Below are positions 1-9,762 of a stretch of 64,000 bases of DNA, piece by piece (position 1 is the stretch's first letter; every line of letters starts with the position of its first letter). The stretch is from an uncultured Bacteroidota bacterium. Its GTDB lineage: Bacteria; Bacteroidota; Bacteroidia; UKL13-3. Position numbers and translations under genes: made by a program. The notes under the pieces are model-generated. The model saw only the letters and a program-made list of their open reading frames with translations. It was not told where the DNA came from and did no database searches. The stretch is from positions 1,936-65,935 of the forward strand of contig CAILJQ010000188.1 in the NCBI GenBank assembly GCA_903834625.1. The letters are read 5' to 3'.

Positions 1-723
1 AAGAGTATTGGTCTAGAGTATTCAGTTCGTGATTTAGGAAACGTAACCATTACTGCGAACTACCAATTGCAGTTTGCAGATGGTACAGGTTCAAATGCAA
101 ACTCAAGTAGTGCATTGATTCAGGTAGGTTTGCCAACCTTACGTACTTTGATTCCTTTAGACTTTGATACCCGTAACACATTTAAGTTCATTTTTGATTA
201 CCACTATAAGAGAGGTAAAGATTATAACGGTCCGGTGGTTAACGGAAAGAAAATTTTCGAAAATGCTGGTTTCAACTTAAACTTCAGCGGATATTCAGGA
301 CGCCCTTACACACAAGACATGAATCCTACACCAGGCGGAGTTCAATCTGGCGTGGTAGTAAGAAGCCCAGTAAAAGGTACCATCAATGGAGCTAATTTAC
401 CACCTCAATTCAATTTAGACTTAAACGTAGATAAGAACTTTATCATTGAAAAGAAGAACATTGATGGTTCGGTAACTGCTTACCGTTTCCGTACCTTCTT
501 AATGGTTCAGAACTTATTAAATACTGCAAATGTGAACTCTGTATTCCGTTACACAGGTTCTGCATACAATGATGGATTCTTAGCCTCACCTGCTTCACAA
601 GAACAAGTTGAGACTGCAACCAATCAACAATCTTATATTGACTTGTATAATATTAGAATGGTGAATCCAGATCGTTTCGCCGGTCCAAGATTGGTACGTT
701 TAGGTATGGCTTTATATTTCTAA
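1..723 (+). CDS. C-terminal part of an outer-membrane beta-barrel protein (TonB-dependent-receptor-like); 5' end lies outside the window
   Basis: Frame 1 is open from base 1, so the track's TTG at 67 is internal. The protein ends ...RLVRLGMALYF with a terminal Phe, the usual barrel-closing signature. The next gene starts 27 bp downstream. Confidence 0.55.
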   Translation, partial: KSIGLEYSVRDLGNVTITANYQLQFADGTGSNANSSSALIQVGLPTLRTLIPLDFDTRNTFKFIFDYHYKRGKDYNGPVVNGKKIFENAGFNLNFSGYSGRPYTQDMNPTPGGVQSGVVVRSPVKGTINGANLPPQFNLDLNVDKNFIIEKKNIDGSVTAYRFRTFLMVQNLLNTANVNSVFRYTGSAYNDGFLASPASQEQVETATNQQSYIDLYNIRMVNPDRFAGPRLVRLGMALYF

Positions 724-750
724 GCCCATTTGTTTAACCAGAAAAAGTAA

Positions 751-3700
751 ATGACAATGAATAAGAATACTAACAGATTGATTAAATCAGCTTTCCTCGT
801 TCTGGTGGCGCTGCTTGCAGCACAAGCCTCCATTGCCCGTGAAAATATAGGCTTGCAAAAGAAAAGCAGCAAACCCACGCTTTTGAAATTGGGCGCTGGT
901 TGTGCACCTGCAACACAACAAAAGGACTTGGATTTGAACAACGTAAGAACAACCATTTTGAATGGGGGTGATATGTGGTGGAATATCCAAAATGCACGTT
1001 ATGAAATTCCTAAAGTAGAAACCGGACAAACCTCAAAGCACTCATTATTCTCTGGAGCCTTATGGATTGGTGGGGTTACACAAGGAAACTTACGTATTGC
1101 AGCTCAAACTTACCGTCAGAGCGGTAATGATTATTATCCAGGTGCCTTGCAAATAGATGGTTCAGCCTCTATTACAGCAACACGTTGTAAATATTACGAC
1201 AAAATCTGGAAAGTGACGCTTGCAGAAATTGAAGAATTTAGTGGAAACCCTAACAATTGGAACGATCCAATTGAAGCAATTGGTACTTGGCCAGGTAATG
1301 GTAATGGGGGAGATGGAGCATCTGGTGAAGCAGAATTCTTAGCACCATTCTACGATATGGACAATGATGGAAAATATGATCCAGGTAAGGGTGATTTCCC
1401 TTCATTTGACCAAAACAATGTTAACAATATTCCAGATATGATGTTGTATACCATATACAACGACAAAGGAAATATTCACTCTGAGTCTGAAGGATTACCA
1501 ATTGGTTTGGAATTACATACACAAAGTTTCGCGTATTCAACCAATGATGAAATTAATAACATGACCTTTTATCGTACAACTATTTACAATAGAAGTACTG
1601 AAACAATTGATAGTTGTATTTTTGGTCAGTGGGTAGATGCCGATTTGGGTAACTATTCAGACGACTACGTAGAATGTGATGTGAAGCGTAACTTAGGTAT
1701 TTGTTACAATGGTGATGATAATGATGAAGGTATTTTGGGTTACGGTTTGAACCCACCAAGCGTAGGTGTAAACTTCTTCGAAGGTCCTGCACGTATTGTT
1801 GGAAACGATACATCGGAAATTGGATTAACAAAGTTCGTTTATTACAACAATGACTTCTCAGTTACAGGTAATCCTAGCCGACCTGAGCATTACTGGAATT
1901 ACTTGAATGGTCGTTGGAAAGACGGTTTGAACATTACATACGGCGGTAACGGTAGAGGTGGCTCTGATACAGCAAGTTTTATGTTCCCTGGTAAAACAGA
2001 TCCTGTTGGTAGAGCAGATTGGACAGAGCGTATTGCTGGTAACAACCCTGGTGACAGACGTTTCCTTCAAACTGCTGGTACCTTTAGCTTATTGCCGGGT
2101 TCAAAAAATGAAGTAACAGTGGCGGTAGTTTGGGCAAGAGCTACAACAGGTGGTGCAACTGGTTCATTCAACTTATTAAAAGAAGCTTCTGATAAAGCTT
2201 ATGTGTTATACAAAAATAATTTCAACATTGTTGATGGTCCACGCGTTCCAAATTTGGAGGTGGTAGAACTAGACAAAGAATTAATTTTGAATATTACTAA
2301 CTACCAAACTGCTGAGCGTTATATCGACTCTTCTGCTGGTTTATGTAGCAATAAAACAATCTATAAATTCCAAGGATATCAAATCTTCCAATTGAAGAAA
2401 AATTCTATACCTTCTGATTTATACAATAAAGAAGAAGCCCAATTGGTTGCTCAGTGTGACGTGTTGGATGGAGTTGGATTGATGGTAAATATTATTAATG
2501 ATGCAGACCTAGGTTCTATCAAGAAAATCATGGTAAGTGGTGAAGATAAAGGTGTAAAACATAGTTTTAAAATTACCAAAGATGCCTTCTCTACATTATC
2601 AGATCAAACTTTAGTGAACTTCCAGAACTATTATTATTTGTTGGTTACTTATGCAAGTGCTACCAATTGTACAAATGATGCAACACAGTATTTAGCTGGT
2701 CGTAAAATGGTTGACGGTTCAGCTATTAAAGTTTGGGCAGGAACACCGCATAAACCAACACCACACCAACAAGGAACTCAGTTAAATTCTTTCTACGGTG
2801 ATGGTCCTGAAATTACACGTGTTGAAGGTATTGGTAACAGTGGTAATGCCTTGTTATTAACTCAAGAAACTATTGAAAAAGCTTTAATCGCTCCATATTA
2901 TGTACCAAATCCAACTTATGTTAGAGGTGCTGGTCCGGTTAAGATTAAAGTTATTGATCCATTTAAAGTTCCTTCTGCAGATTTTGAATTGCGTTTAATT
3001 GATAATTCAACATCAACTGTTAAAGGTGATACCTTAACAAGTAATTCTACTATCTGGGTATTAACCAACCTAACCACTGGAGCAAAAGATACAGGTGAAG
3101 CAAAAATCAATTCAAATAACGAGCAAATTTTTGCCGACTTAGGTTTGAGCATTACCTTGTTCCAAGTTGTTGGTCCTGGTAAAGCAGATGACGCAACTGA
3201 TGATTCAAATGGCTTTTTATCGGCTAGTATTGAATACTCAGACCCAACCAATCCATGGCTACCAGGTATTCCTGATGAATTAGCAGCGCTTGTGCCTTTC
3301 AATTGGATCAGGGCTGGAAATACAGGAACTCCTGGATTTACTAATCCATATGAGCATGATTTTGCAGATAACGGAAGAGCTATTGACCCAAGAAGACAAT
3401 ACAACAAAGTATTAGGTGGTACTTGGGCTCCATATTCACTTGCTGCAAGAGCTGTTTCTCCTACACCTACTTATGGTCCAGCTTGGGCTCCTGCAGGTAA
3501 TGGTGGATATTCATCTGATAATCCATTGTCTGACTTAAAATCTGTGTTGGTAGTAATTACTGCCGACAAAACTAAATGGTCGAGATGTGTGGTGTTAGAA
3601 TCAGGAGAAAATCCTGCTTTAACAATCGGTAATCAAGTAAAAATGAACCGCAGAAAATCTCCTTCAGTAGGTAAAGATGGTAAGCCAGATGGTACAGGTA

Positions 3701-4599
3701 CAGGTATGAGTTGGTTCCCAGGTTATGCTATTAACAAAGAAACTGGTGAGCGCTTAAATATCATGTTTGCGGAAGATTCTTCTTTGCCACTTGAAAATGG
3801 TACAGATATGATTTGGAATCCAACCAGCAATTTGGTGAAGAGTCAGGTAACTGGTATTGATTACTTAATGGGTGGTAAACACCACATTTACGTAATGGGT
3901 TCTAAACCTTTCCGTACAACTTCAACGGGTCCAATTTTATACAATGGTCCGCGTTATGATGAGTGTGCAAGCTACAGTGCATTATTTGATAAAATTGATG
4001 CCGGTGTGGGTGTTGCATTGAACAAACGTTATGTATTCTCTCAAGCTATGTGGGTAACCATGACATTGGTATCACCAAAAACATTCCTTGGAGACCATAC
4101 TACTAACGGAGGTATTCCATGTGAGGTGAAGATTAACTTAAATGTTAAACGTCCATACGCTTTCATTAACCAAACTGCTACAGATACGGTTGCTAATAAA
4201 GGAATTCCTTTGTATACCTTCTCAACTTCAAATATTGCTCCAAGTGTTGGGGGTAAAGAAACAGCCAAATCTGCATTAGATATGGTATCATTAACCCCTA
4301 ATCCTTACTACGCTTATGCTGGATATGAAGATCCAGGTAACCAATTAGACTCTAGGGTTAAGATAATTAACTTACCTACCAAATGCGTGGTTTCTATATA
4401 CACACAAGGCGGCTTCTTGGTTCGTAGAATTAAGAAAGATGATGATACCAAAACTTATTTGGATTGGGATTTGAAAAACGATGCAGGTGTTCCTATTGCC
4501 AGTGGTGTATATTTAGTACATGTATATGCAGATGGCATTGGCGAGCGAGTGATTAAATGGTTTGGTGTGATGCGTCCGGTTGACTTTGATACTTTCTAA
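751..4599 (+). CDS. Large (1282 aa) secreted/surface protein of unknown function with a C-terminal T9SS-CTD/FlgD-Ig-like beta-sandwich
   Basis: Signal peptide (FLVLVALLAAQASIA). Asp-rich Ca-binding-like loops (DMDNDGKYDPGKGD, NGDDNDEG). The last ~100 aa (LTPNPYY...VVSIYTQGGFLVRRI...WDLKNDAGVPIASGVYLVHVY) resemble a T9SS sorting domain and are followed by a short tail ending DFDTF. Confidence 0.6.
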   Translation: MTMNKNTNRLIKSAFLVLVALLAAQASIARENIGLQKKSSKPTLLKLGAGCAPATQQKDLDLNNVRTTILNGGDMWWNIQNARYEIPKVETGQTSKHSLFSGALWIGGVTQGNLRIAAQTYRQSGNDYYPGALQIDGSASITATRCKYYDKIWKVTLAEIEEFSGNPNNWNDPIEAIGTWPGNGNGGDGASGEAEFLAPFYDMDNDGKYDPGKGDFPSFDQNNVNNIPDMMLYTIYNDKGNIHSESEGLPIGLELHTQSFAYSTNDEINNMTFYRTTIYNRSTETIDSCIFGQWVDADLGNYSDDYVECDVKRNLGICYNGDDNDEGILGYGLNPPSVGVNFFEGPARIVGNDTSEIGLTKFVYYNNDFSVTGNPSRPEHYWNYLNGRWKDGLNITYGGNGRGGSDTASFMFPGKTDPVGRADWTERIAGNNPGDRRFLQTAGTFSLLPGSKNEVTVAVVWARATTGGATGSFNLLKEASDKAYVLYKNNFNIVDGPRVPNLEVVELDKELILNITNYQTAERYIDSSAGLCSNKTIYKFQGYQIFQLKKNSIPSDLYNKEEAQLVAQCDVLDGVGLMVNIINDADLGSIKKIMVSGEDKGVKHSFKITKDAFSTLSDQTLVNFQNYYYLLVTYASATNCTNDATQYLAGRKMVDGSAIKVWAGTPHKPTPHQQGTQLNSFYGDGPEITRVEGIGNSGNALLLTQETIEKALIAPYYVPNPTYVRGAGPVKIKVIDPFKVPSADFELRLIDNSTSTVKGDTLTSNSTIWVLTNLTTGAKDTGEAKINSNNEQIFADLGLSITLFQVVGPGKADDATDDSNGFLSASIEYSDPTNPWLPGIPDELAALVPFNWIRAGNTGTPGFTNPYEHDFADNGRAIDPRRQYNKVLGGTWAPYSLAARAVSPTPTYGPAWAPAGNGGYSSDNPLSDLKSVLVVITADKTKWSRCVVLESGENPALTIGNQVKMNRRKSPSVGKDGKPDGTGTGMSWFPGYAINKETGERLNIMFAEDSSLPLENGTDMIWNPTSNLVKSQVTGIDYLMGGKHHIYVMGSKPFRTTSTGPILYNGPRYDECASYSALFDKIDAGVGVALNKRYVFSQAMWVTMTLVSPKTFLGDHTTNGGIPCEVKINLNVKRPYAFINQTATDTVANKGIPLYTFSTSNIAPSVGGKETAKSALDMVSLTPNPYYAYAGYEDPGNQLDSRVKIINLPTKCVVSIYTQGGFLVRRIKKDDDTKTYLDWDLKNDAGVPIASGVYLVHVYADGIGERVIKWFGVMRPVDFDTF

Positions 4600-4624
4600 T
4601 ATTAACCTGTAAAAAAAATTGAAC

Positions 4625-5761
4625 ATGAAGAGAGATATAATAAAATTTGGTTTGATGGGTTTGCTCCTGTTTTCTGCGGATGCTTTTGCAGGAAATCCAG
4701 ACCGATCTGGTGGTGCAGGTGCCACACAACTTACCATAAATCCATATGCCCGTTCATCTGGTTCTGGAGGTTCTAACTCTGCGTCATTGAAAGGCGTTGA
4801 AGCTTTTAACTTAAACATTGCAGGTTTGGCTTTTACACAAAAGACAGATATCGTTTTTTCACGTGTGAGTTATTTGCAAGGTTCTGGAGTTAACATCAGC
4901 AATATTGGTTTGGCTCAAGCCGTTGGCGAAAATGGTAATGGTGGTGTAATTGGTATTGGAGTAGCTTCTTGGGATTTTGGTAGTATTCCAATTACTACGT
5001 ATGATAATCCAGATGGTACATTGCCTACCTTTAGTCCGCAAATTCTCAATTTTGGTGCATCTTATTCAAAGAAATTCTCTAATAGCATCAGTGGTGGTTT
5101 CATGATACGTTTGGTGTCTGAAGGTATTCAAGATGTTAAGGCAAGAGGTACTGCTTTTGATTTTGGTGTTCAATACCAAACTACTTTAAAGAATGCAAAA
5201 AAAGGGGCTGCTAAAATTAAGAAAGATGATTTTCACTTAGGTATTTCGGTAAGAAATATCGGTGCGGATATGAAGTATACTGGTTCTGGATTGTCTTTCC
5301 GTTCTATCAATGCTCAAACAGGTGCAGATCGTAAAGCATATTTCGCGGCTGATAAGTTTAACTTGCCAACCTTAGTAAATATTGGTTTAGGTTATGATAT
5401 GCGTTTAGATGGAAAAGAAGCAACCACCTACTATCACAGATTAACCGGTTCATTTAACTTTAACTACAACGCCTTTCAATCTAACGTAGTTGCCTTAGGT
5501 GCTGAATACGCCTATAAAGAAACAGCTATGTTGCGTGTTTCATACCAAATAACTGGCGATGAACAATTGTTCAGTAAAAATATGGCTGATCCATTATACA
5601 GCAATCCAGTATATGGTTTTTGGGGTGGAGCTACTTTCCAAGTGCCAGTTTCTAAAAATGGTACTTCAATGGCAATTGATTACTCTTATGCTCCAACCAG
5701 AATTTTTAATGGCATGCATACAATTGGTATAAGATTAACTGTTGGAGGTAAAAAGGGATAA
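4625..5761 (+). CDS. PorV/PorQ-family-like outer-membrane beta-barrel protein
   Basis: ATG at 4625; the track's 4619 start is a TTG. Signal peptide LLLFSADAFAG. The N-terminal GAGATQLTINPYARSSGSGG...NIAGLAF resembles the conserved PorV N-terminal motif. The remainder has an alternating beta-strand pattern. Confidence 0.5.
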   Translation: MKRDIIKFGLMGLLLFSADAFAGNPDRSGGAGATQLTINPYARSSGSGGSNSASLKGVEAFNLNIAGLAFTQKTDIVFSRVSYLQGSGVNISNIGLAQAVGENGNGGVIGIGVASWDFGSIPITTYDNPDGTLPTFSPQILNFGASYSKKFSNSISGGFMIRLVSEGIQDVKARGTAFDFGVQYQTTLKNAKKGAAKIKKDDFHLGISVRNIGADMKYTGSGLSFRSINAQTGADRKAYFAADKFNLPTLVNIGLGYDMRLDGKEATTYYHRLTGSFNFNYNAFQSNVVALGAEYAYKETAMLRVSYQITGDEQLFSKNMADPLYSNPVYGFWGGATFQVPVSKNGTSMAIDYSYAPTRIFNGMHTIGIRLTVGGKKG

Positions 5762-5792
5762 TATTTTTTTACTATATTTGAATCATATTTAG

Positions 5793-5830
5793 GAAACGTT
5801 CCGCCATGTGCGGAACGTTTCTTTTATTTT
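5793..5830 (+). terminator. Rho-independent terminator after the PorV-like gene
   Basis: Perfect 12-bp stem GAAACGTTCCGC (5793-5804) / GCGGAACGTTTC (5810-5821), loop CATGT, followed by TTTTATTTT. Confidence 0.8.
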
Positions 5831-5859
5831 TAACCGAGTTAGCAAACAAATCGATTAAT

Positions 5860-6333
5860 ATGGCTGATATTAATTTTGTCACAAAAGAAGGTCTGGAAAA
5901 ATTACAGGCCGAGTTGTATGATTTGAAATATGTACAACGTCCGTTTATTTCCAAACAAATTGCCGATGCAAGAGATAAAGGTGATTTAAGCGAAAATGCA
6001 GAATACCATGCTGCCAAGGAAGATCAGGGTTTAATGGAGGCTAAGATTGCCAAAATGGAAGACCTGATTTCCAAATCTAGGATCATTGATGAGAGCAAGT
6101 TAAATACCAGCATGGTAATGATGCTTACTCGAGTGCGCGTATTGAACCACAATTCAAATAAGGAAATTTGGTATACTTTGGTGAACGAGAAGGAAGCTGA
6201 TTTAAAGACAGGTAAAATATCTTTTAAATCACCTATTGGTTTAGGATTGATGAATAAAAAGGTAGGAGAAATTGCAGAGGTAGTGGTGCCAGCAGGCAAA
6301 ATTAAATTAGAGATTTTAGAAATCACCCTGTAA
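5860..6333 (+). CDS. greA: Transcription elongation factor GreA
   Basis: MADINFVTKEGLEKLQAEL...DLSENAEYHAAKEDQ is the GreA coiled-coil signature. The size (157 aa) fits. The ATG at 5860 is preferred because the track start at 5806 lies inside the upstream terminator. Confidence 0.9.
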   Translation: MADINFVTKEGLEKLQAELYDLKYVQRPFISKQIADARDKGDLSENAEYHAAKEDQGLMEAKIAKMEDLISKSRIIDESKLNTSMVMMLTRVRVLNHNSNKEIWYTLVNEKEADLKTGKISFKSPIGLGLMNKKVGEIAEVVVPAGKIKLEILEITL

Positions 6334-6335
6334 CA

Positions 6336-6740
6336 ATGCCTAGTATTTTTACAAGAATTGTTAAAGGCGAAATACCTTGTTACAAGGTAGCTGAAACAGA
6401 TAAATACCTTGCCTTTTTAGATATTCGTCCGCTTACAAAAGGACACACTTTGGTTATTCCCAAAGAAGAAACTGATTATATTTTTGACCTAGAAGATGCT
6501 GAATTGGCAAATCTTCATGTGTTTTCAAAAAAAGTGGCAATGGCAATTCAAAAAACCATTGCATGCACTCGTGTAGGGGTTTGTGTGATGGGACTTGAAG
6601 TACCGCATGCGCACATTCATTTAATTCCTTTCACGCAAATGGAAGAGATGAATTTTGCCAATCCCAAACTACAATTAGAAAGCAATGAAATGCAGGAGAT
6701 AGCTAATCTTATACAATTAGCATTTGAAAAAGATGCTTAG
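6336..6740 (+). CDS. HIT-family (histidine triad) nucleotide hydrolase
   Basis: HAHIHLIP matches the HxHxHxx triad motif. 134 aa. Confidence 0.85.
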   Translation: MPSIFTRIVKGEIPCYKVAETDKYLAFLDIRPLTKGHTLVIPKEETDYIFDLEDAELANLHVFSKKVAMAIQKTIACTRVGVCVMGLEVPHAHIHLIPFTQMEEMNFANPKLQLESNEMQEIANLIQLAFEKDA

Positions 6741-7342
6741 GATTTCTTTTTTACTTTAGACGGATTTTGATTTACAAAGGCTTCCCAACTGGAGGCCTTT
6801 TTCTTTGCAGGTATTTTGCTTTTAACTGTTTTAGCCGCAGGTATGGCTAATTGATATTGGGTGAAATGGCAAAAAGCTGCTGCCAACCCATCCGTTGCGT
6901 CGAGGTATTTAGAATCGAACTCAAATTTAAGTTGCTGCTGGAGCATACTGGCTACTTGTTCTTTGCTCGCATTTCCATTTCCAGTGATGGCCAATTTGAT
7001 TTTTTTTGGCGCATACTCTGCTACGGTTAATTCTCTGCTCATAGCGGCTGCAATAGCCACTCCTTGCGCTCTTCCTAGTTTGAGCATACTTTGTACATTC
7101 TTGCCAAAAAAAGGCGCTTCAATGGCCAATTCATCTGGATGAAACTCATCTATAAGACCCACGGTGCGTTCGAATATCTTTTTTAATTTGAGGGCGTAGT
7201 CTTCGTATTTATCTAATTTTAGCACACCCAGGGTTAATACAACAGCCTTTTTACCTGTGGTTTGAATGATTCCATACCCCATCACAGTAGTTCCAGGGTC
7301 GATGCCAAGGATGATTCTTTCTTTGATTGCTGCAGCCGACAT
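6737..7342 (-). CDS. ruvC: Holliday junction resolvase RuvC
   Basis: N-terminal ILGIDPGTTVMGYGII and the overall RuvC pattern. The 3' end overlaps the HIT gene by 4 bp (convergent). Confidence 0.85.
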   Translation of the reverse strand: MSAAAIKERIILGIDPGTTVMGYGIIQTTGKKAVVLTLGVLKLDKYEDYALKLKKIFERTVGLIDEFHPDELAIEAPFFGKNVQSMLKLGRAQGVAIAAAMSRELTVAEYAPKKIKLAITGNGNASKEQVASMLQQQLKFEFDSKYLDATDGLAAAFCHFTQYQLAIPAAKTVKSKIPAKKKASSWEAFVNQNPSKVKKKS

Positions 7343-7407
7343 GTAAATCTGATTTGGTTTAGGTGTTTGGTATGCGTTATTTTGTCAAACATAGTTAAAC
7401 GCTGCAA

Positions 7408-8352
7408 TTGTTTCAAACACCAACATATCAAAAAGCCATAAGAATCGCTAAACCATTGTTGGTGGTGGTTTTAACGATATTTATTTTTTATAAATTATTG
7501 TTCACTTATAAAATTCACCAAAGGTTTGAACAATATGATTTGTTGCATCATCATGGATCTTATTTGATTTTGGTTTTAGCCTTTGTTTTGTTATTTGTTA
7601 ATTGGGGAATAGAATCTATCAAATGGCATAAATTAATCAATCGGTTTGAACCAATGCCTTTTTTAACAGCTACCAAGGCTGTTCTATCTGGCGTTACATT
7701 GAGTATTATTACACCTAATCAAATTGGCGACTTTGTGGGTAGGGTTATTCATTTAGAAGTATTAAACAAATTAAAAGGCTCGTTAATTACTGTTATTGGT
7801 CATACCGCTCAAGTGATTATCACCTTGTTTTTTGGTGTAATATCCTTGTCGTACTTCAGCATTCATTATGCAGGAATTTGGTACTGGATACCGGTTGCCA
7901 TTGTCTTTTTAATAGGATTGATTTTTGTTTACTTAAAGATGAATCAAACTTACCAATATGTTAAAGAGGTAAAGTGGTTAAAGGGGTTGGCTGCTTATGC
8001 AGATGTATTTAGCACATTTAACAGCAAAGAGCTTCTTCAAATTTTGGGATGGTCGTTTTTACGATACTTGGTTTTTTTGTTTCAATATTATTTGCTCCTA
8101 CATTTTTATGAGGTTGAGATTGACGTTTTACCCGCTATTGCTTGCATTATTGGAACTTTCTGTGTGCAATCTGTAGTGCCAAGTTTTTTGTTGTTAGAAA
8201 TAGGGTTAAGAGGCGCAAGTGCCTTGGCATTTTTTCAATTATTTAGTAGCAACCAAGAAGGCATTTTATTGGCTGCTTATAGTTTATGGATGGTAAACAT
8301 GTTGTTGCCTGCTCTTATTGGAATGTACTTTATCTATCAAGTGAGGTCATGA
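7408..8352 (+). CDS. Polytopic membrane protein, lysyl-PG-synthase-TM/flippase-like family
   Basis: About 8 predicted TM helices. Translationally coupled to the downstream GT2 gene through an ATGA overlap at 8349-8352. Confidence 0.45.
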   Translation: MFQTPTYQKAIRIAKPLLVVVLTIFIFYKLLFTYKIHQRFEQYDLLHHHGSYLILVLAFVLLFVNWGIESIKWHKLINRFEPMPFLTATKAVLSGVTLSIITPNQIGDFVGRVIHLEVLNKLKGSLITVIGHTAQVIITLFFGVISLSYFSIHYAGIWYWIPVAIVFLIGLIFVYLKMNQTYQYVKEVKWLKGLAAYADVFSTFNSKELLQILGWSFLRYLVFLFQYYLLLHFYEVEIDVLPAIACIIGTFCVQSVVPSFLLLEIGLRGASALAFFQLFSSNQEGILLAAYSLWMVNMLLPALIGMYFIYQVRS

Positions 8353-9488
8353 GTGCGTATATCCTAATTTGTTTATTATTGGCATTTGGATATGCGGCAT
8401 TAATTCTCATCTATTTTGTAGGTTGGATGCTTATTCCTCATTTTAAAACAAGACAAAGGAAAGAATTGGTTCAGACCGAAAGCTTTACCATACTTGTGCC
8501 TGCGAGGAATGAAGAAGCACAAATTAAGGCTTGTATTGACTCTTTGGTTTCTCAAGATTTTGCTTTAGGAGCATTTGAAATTATAATTATCAATGACCAT
8601 TCAACTGATGGCACTGAAACTGTAGTGAGGAAATGTATAGCCTTATATAAAGAGCATAAAATTATTTTGTTGGACGCTGCCAGCGAAGGATTTTCTGGTA
8701 AAAAGGAAGGTATTGCCTTGGGTGTTGATAGGGCCAGTTTTTCAAACATAGCATTAACAGATGCAGATTGTACTAGAGGGAAATATTGGCTGAATACCTT
8801 GGCTCAATTTAGAAAAGAGAAACAAGCACAAATGATATATGCCCCAGTATTTTTTACGGCAAATACCTTATTCGAAAGGTTTCAATCATTGGAGTTTGCG
8901 GGCTTAGTAGGGATTGGTGGTGCTGCTATTCAGTTAAAGAATCCCAATATGTGTAGTGCGGCAAATTTGGTCTTTACCAAACAAGCATTTATAGAAGTGG
9001 GAGGTTATGCAGACAACAAACACTTGGCTAGTGGCGATGACGAATTTTTGTTGCACAAAATATTTAAACGATATCCGCAACAGGTACACTTTCTGAAAAA
9101 TGCTGACGCAATAGTTTATACCTCTCCAAATGCCTCTGTTGAGCAGTTAACACAGCAACGTAGGCGTTGGGTTTCTAAGAGTACCAAATATGAAAACAGG
9201 TATATTACCGCCATTTTGGTTGGGGCTTATTTCTTTAATTTGAGTTTATTAATGAATGGTATTTTGGCATTTTTTATACCAAGTTTTACCAATCTATTTT
9301 TACAACAAATTGGCATTAAAATGGCTGCTGAAGCTTTGTTGCTTGGTGTTATTCTAAGATTTTTTAAACGAAGTGATTTGCTTTTATTGGTGCCATTGGT
9401 GCAACTTTTTCATATTTTGTATGTTATTATCATTGGTGTTTGGGCAAATGTTCAAACCTATACTTGGAAAGAAAGAGAATTAAAATGA
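8349..9488 (+). CDS. Family-2 glycosyltransferase with membrane anchors (processive-type QxxRW motif)
   Basis: ILVPARNEE, NDHSTDGT, TDADC (DxD) and QQRRRW motifs. TM helices at both ends. The ATG at 8349 overlaps the upstream stop. Confidence 0.75.
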   Translation: MSAYILICLLLAFGYAALILIYFVGWMLIPHFKTRQRKELVQTESFTILVPARNEEAQIKACIDSLVSQDFALGAFEIIIINDHSTDGTETVVRKCIALYKEHKIILLDAASEGFSGKKEGIALGVDRASFSNIALTDADCTRGKYWLNTLAQFRKEKQAQMIYAPVFFTANTLFERFQSLEFAGLVGIGGAAIQLKNPNMCSAANLVFTKQAFIEVGGYADNKHLASGDDEFLLHKIFKRYPQQVHFLKNADAIVYTSPNASVEQLTQQRRRWVSKSTKYENRYITAILVGAYFFNLSLLMNGILAFFIPSFTNLFLQQIGIKMAAEALLLGVILRFFKRSDLLLLVPLVQLFHILYVIIIGVWANVQTYTWKERELK

Positions 9489-9757
9489 TAGCTGAATTAG
9501 ATGATGTAGAATACGAAATTCTCAACTGTTTATATTTTGTTGAGCCGTTTGAAAAATTGTTGGAGGAGCTAAATTTTCCATCAAATATTATTGCCGATGT
9601 ATTAAAAACATTGATCCAAAAAAAGTTGGTAGTAGCCATGAAATGGGATGAACAAACTCAGGATTATAAACGCAGTTTTATTTATGATTCCGACAACATG
9701 CATGCATACTCATATTTGGCTACCAAAGAAGGTTTGCTGGCACACAACAGCAGATAA
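9485..9757 (+). CDS. Small (90 aa) conserved hypothetical protein coupled to the GT2 gene
   Basis: ATG 9485 overlaps the GT2 stop (ATGA). No recognisable motif. Confidence 0.45.
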   Translation: MIAELDDVEYEILNCLYFVEPFEKLLEELNFPSNIIADVLKTLIQKKLVVAMKWDEQTQDYKRSFIYDSDNMHAYSYLATKEGLLAHNSR

Positions 9758-9762
9758 TAGCT

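Noticed and set aside
720-4268. Minus-strand track ORFs inside the 1282-aa gene (720-956, 782-997, 787-1029, 1580-1831, 1858-2070, 2916-3407, 4041-4268)
   Set aside because: These are shadow ORFs opposite a long coding frame, with implausible composition and no starts with a plausible context.
751-4599. Possibility that the 1282-aa protein upstream of the PorV-like gene is the T9SS sortase PorU, since the porU-porV pairing and the size both fit
   Set aside because: I could not find the N-terminal GxWYK...GIYK-type motif or any gingipain/C25-like His-Cys region I associate with PorU. It is left as unknown pending a profile search.
5806-5859. N-terminal extensions given by the ORF track for greA (5806). 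Similar cases are 8286, 9440, 10521, 13534, 15795, 28274, 40955, 40981, 43206, 45068, 51421 and 57064.
   Set aside because: The extensions start at TTG or upstream codons, overlap terminators or neighbouring genes, and precede canonical family N-termini or signal peptides. Internal ATG starts were preferred.
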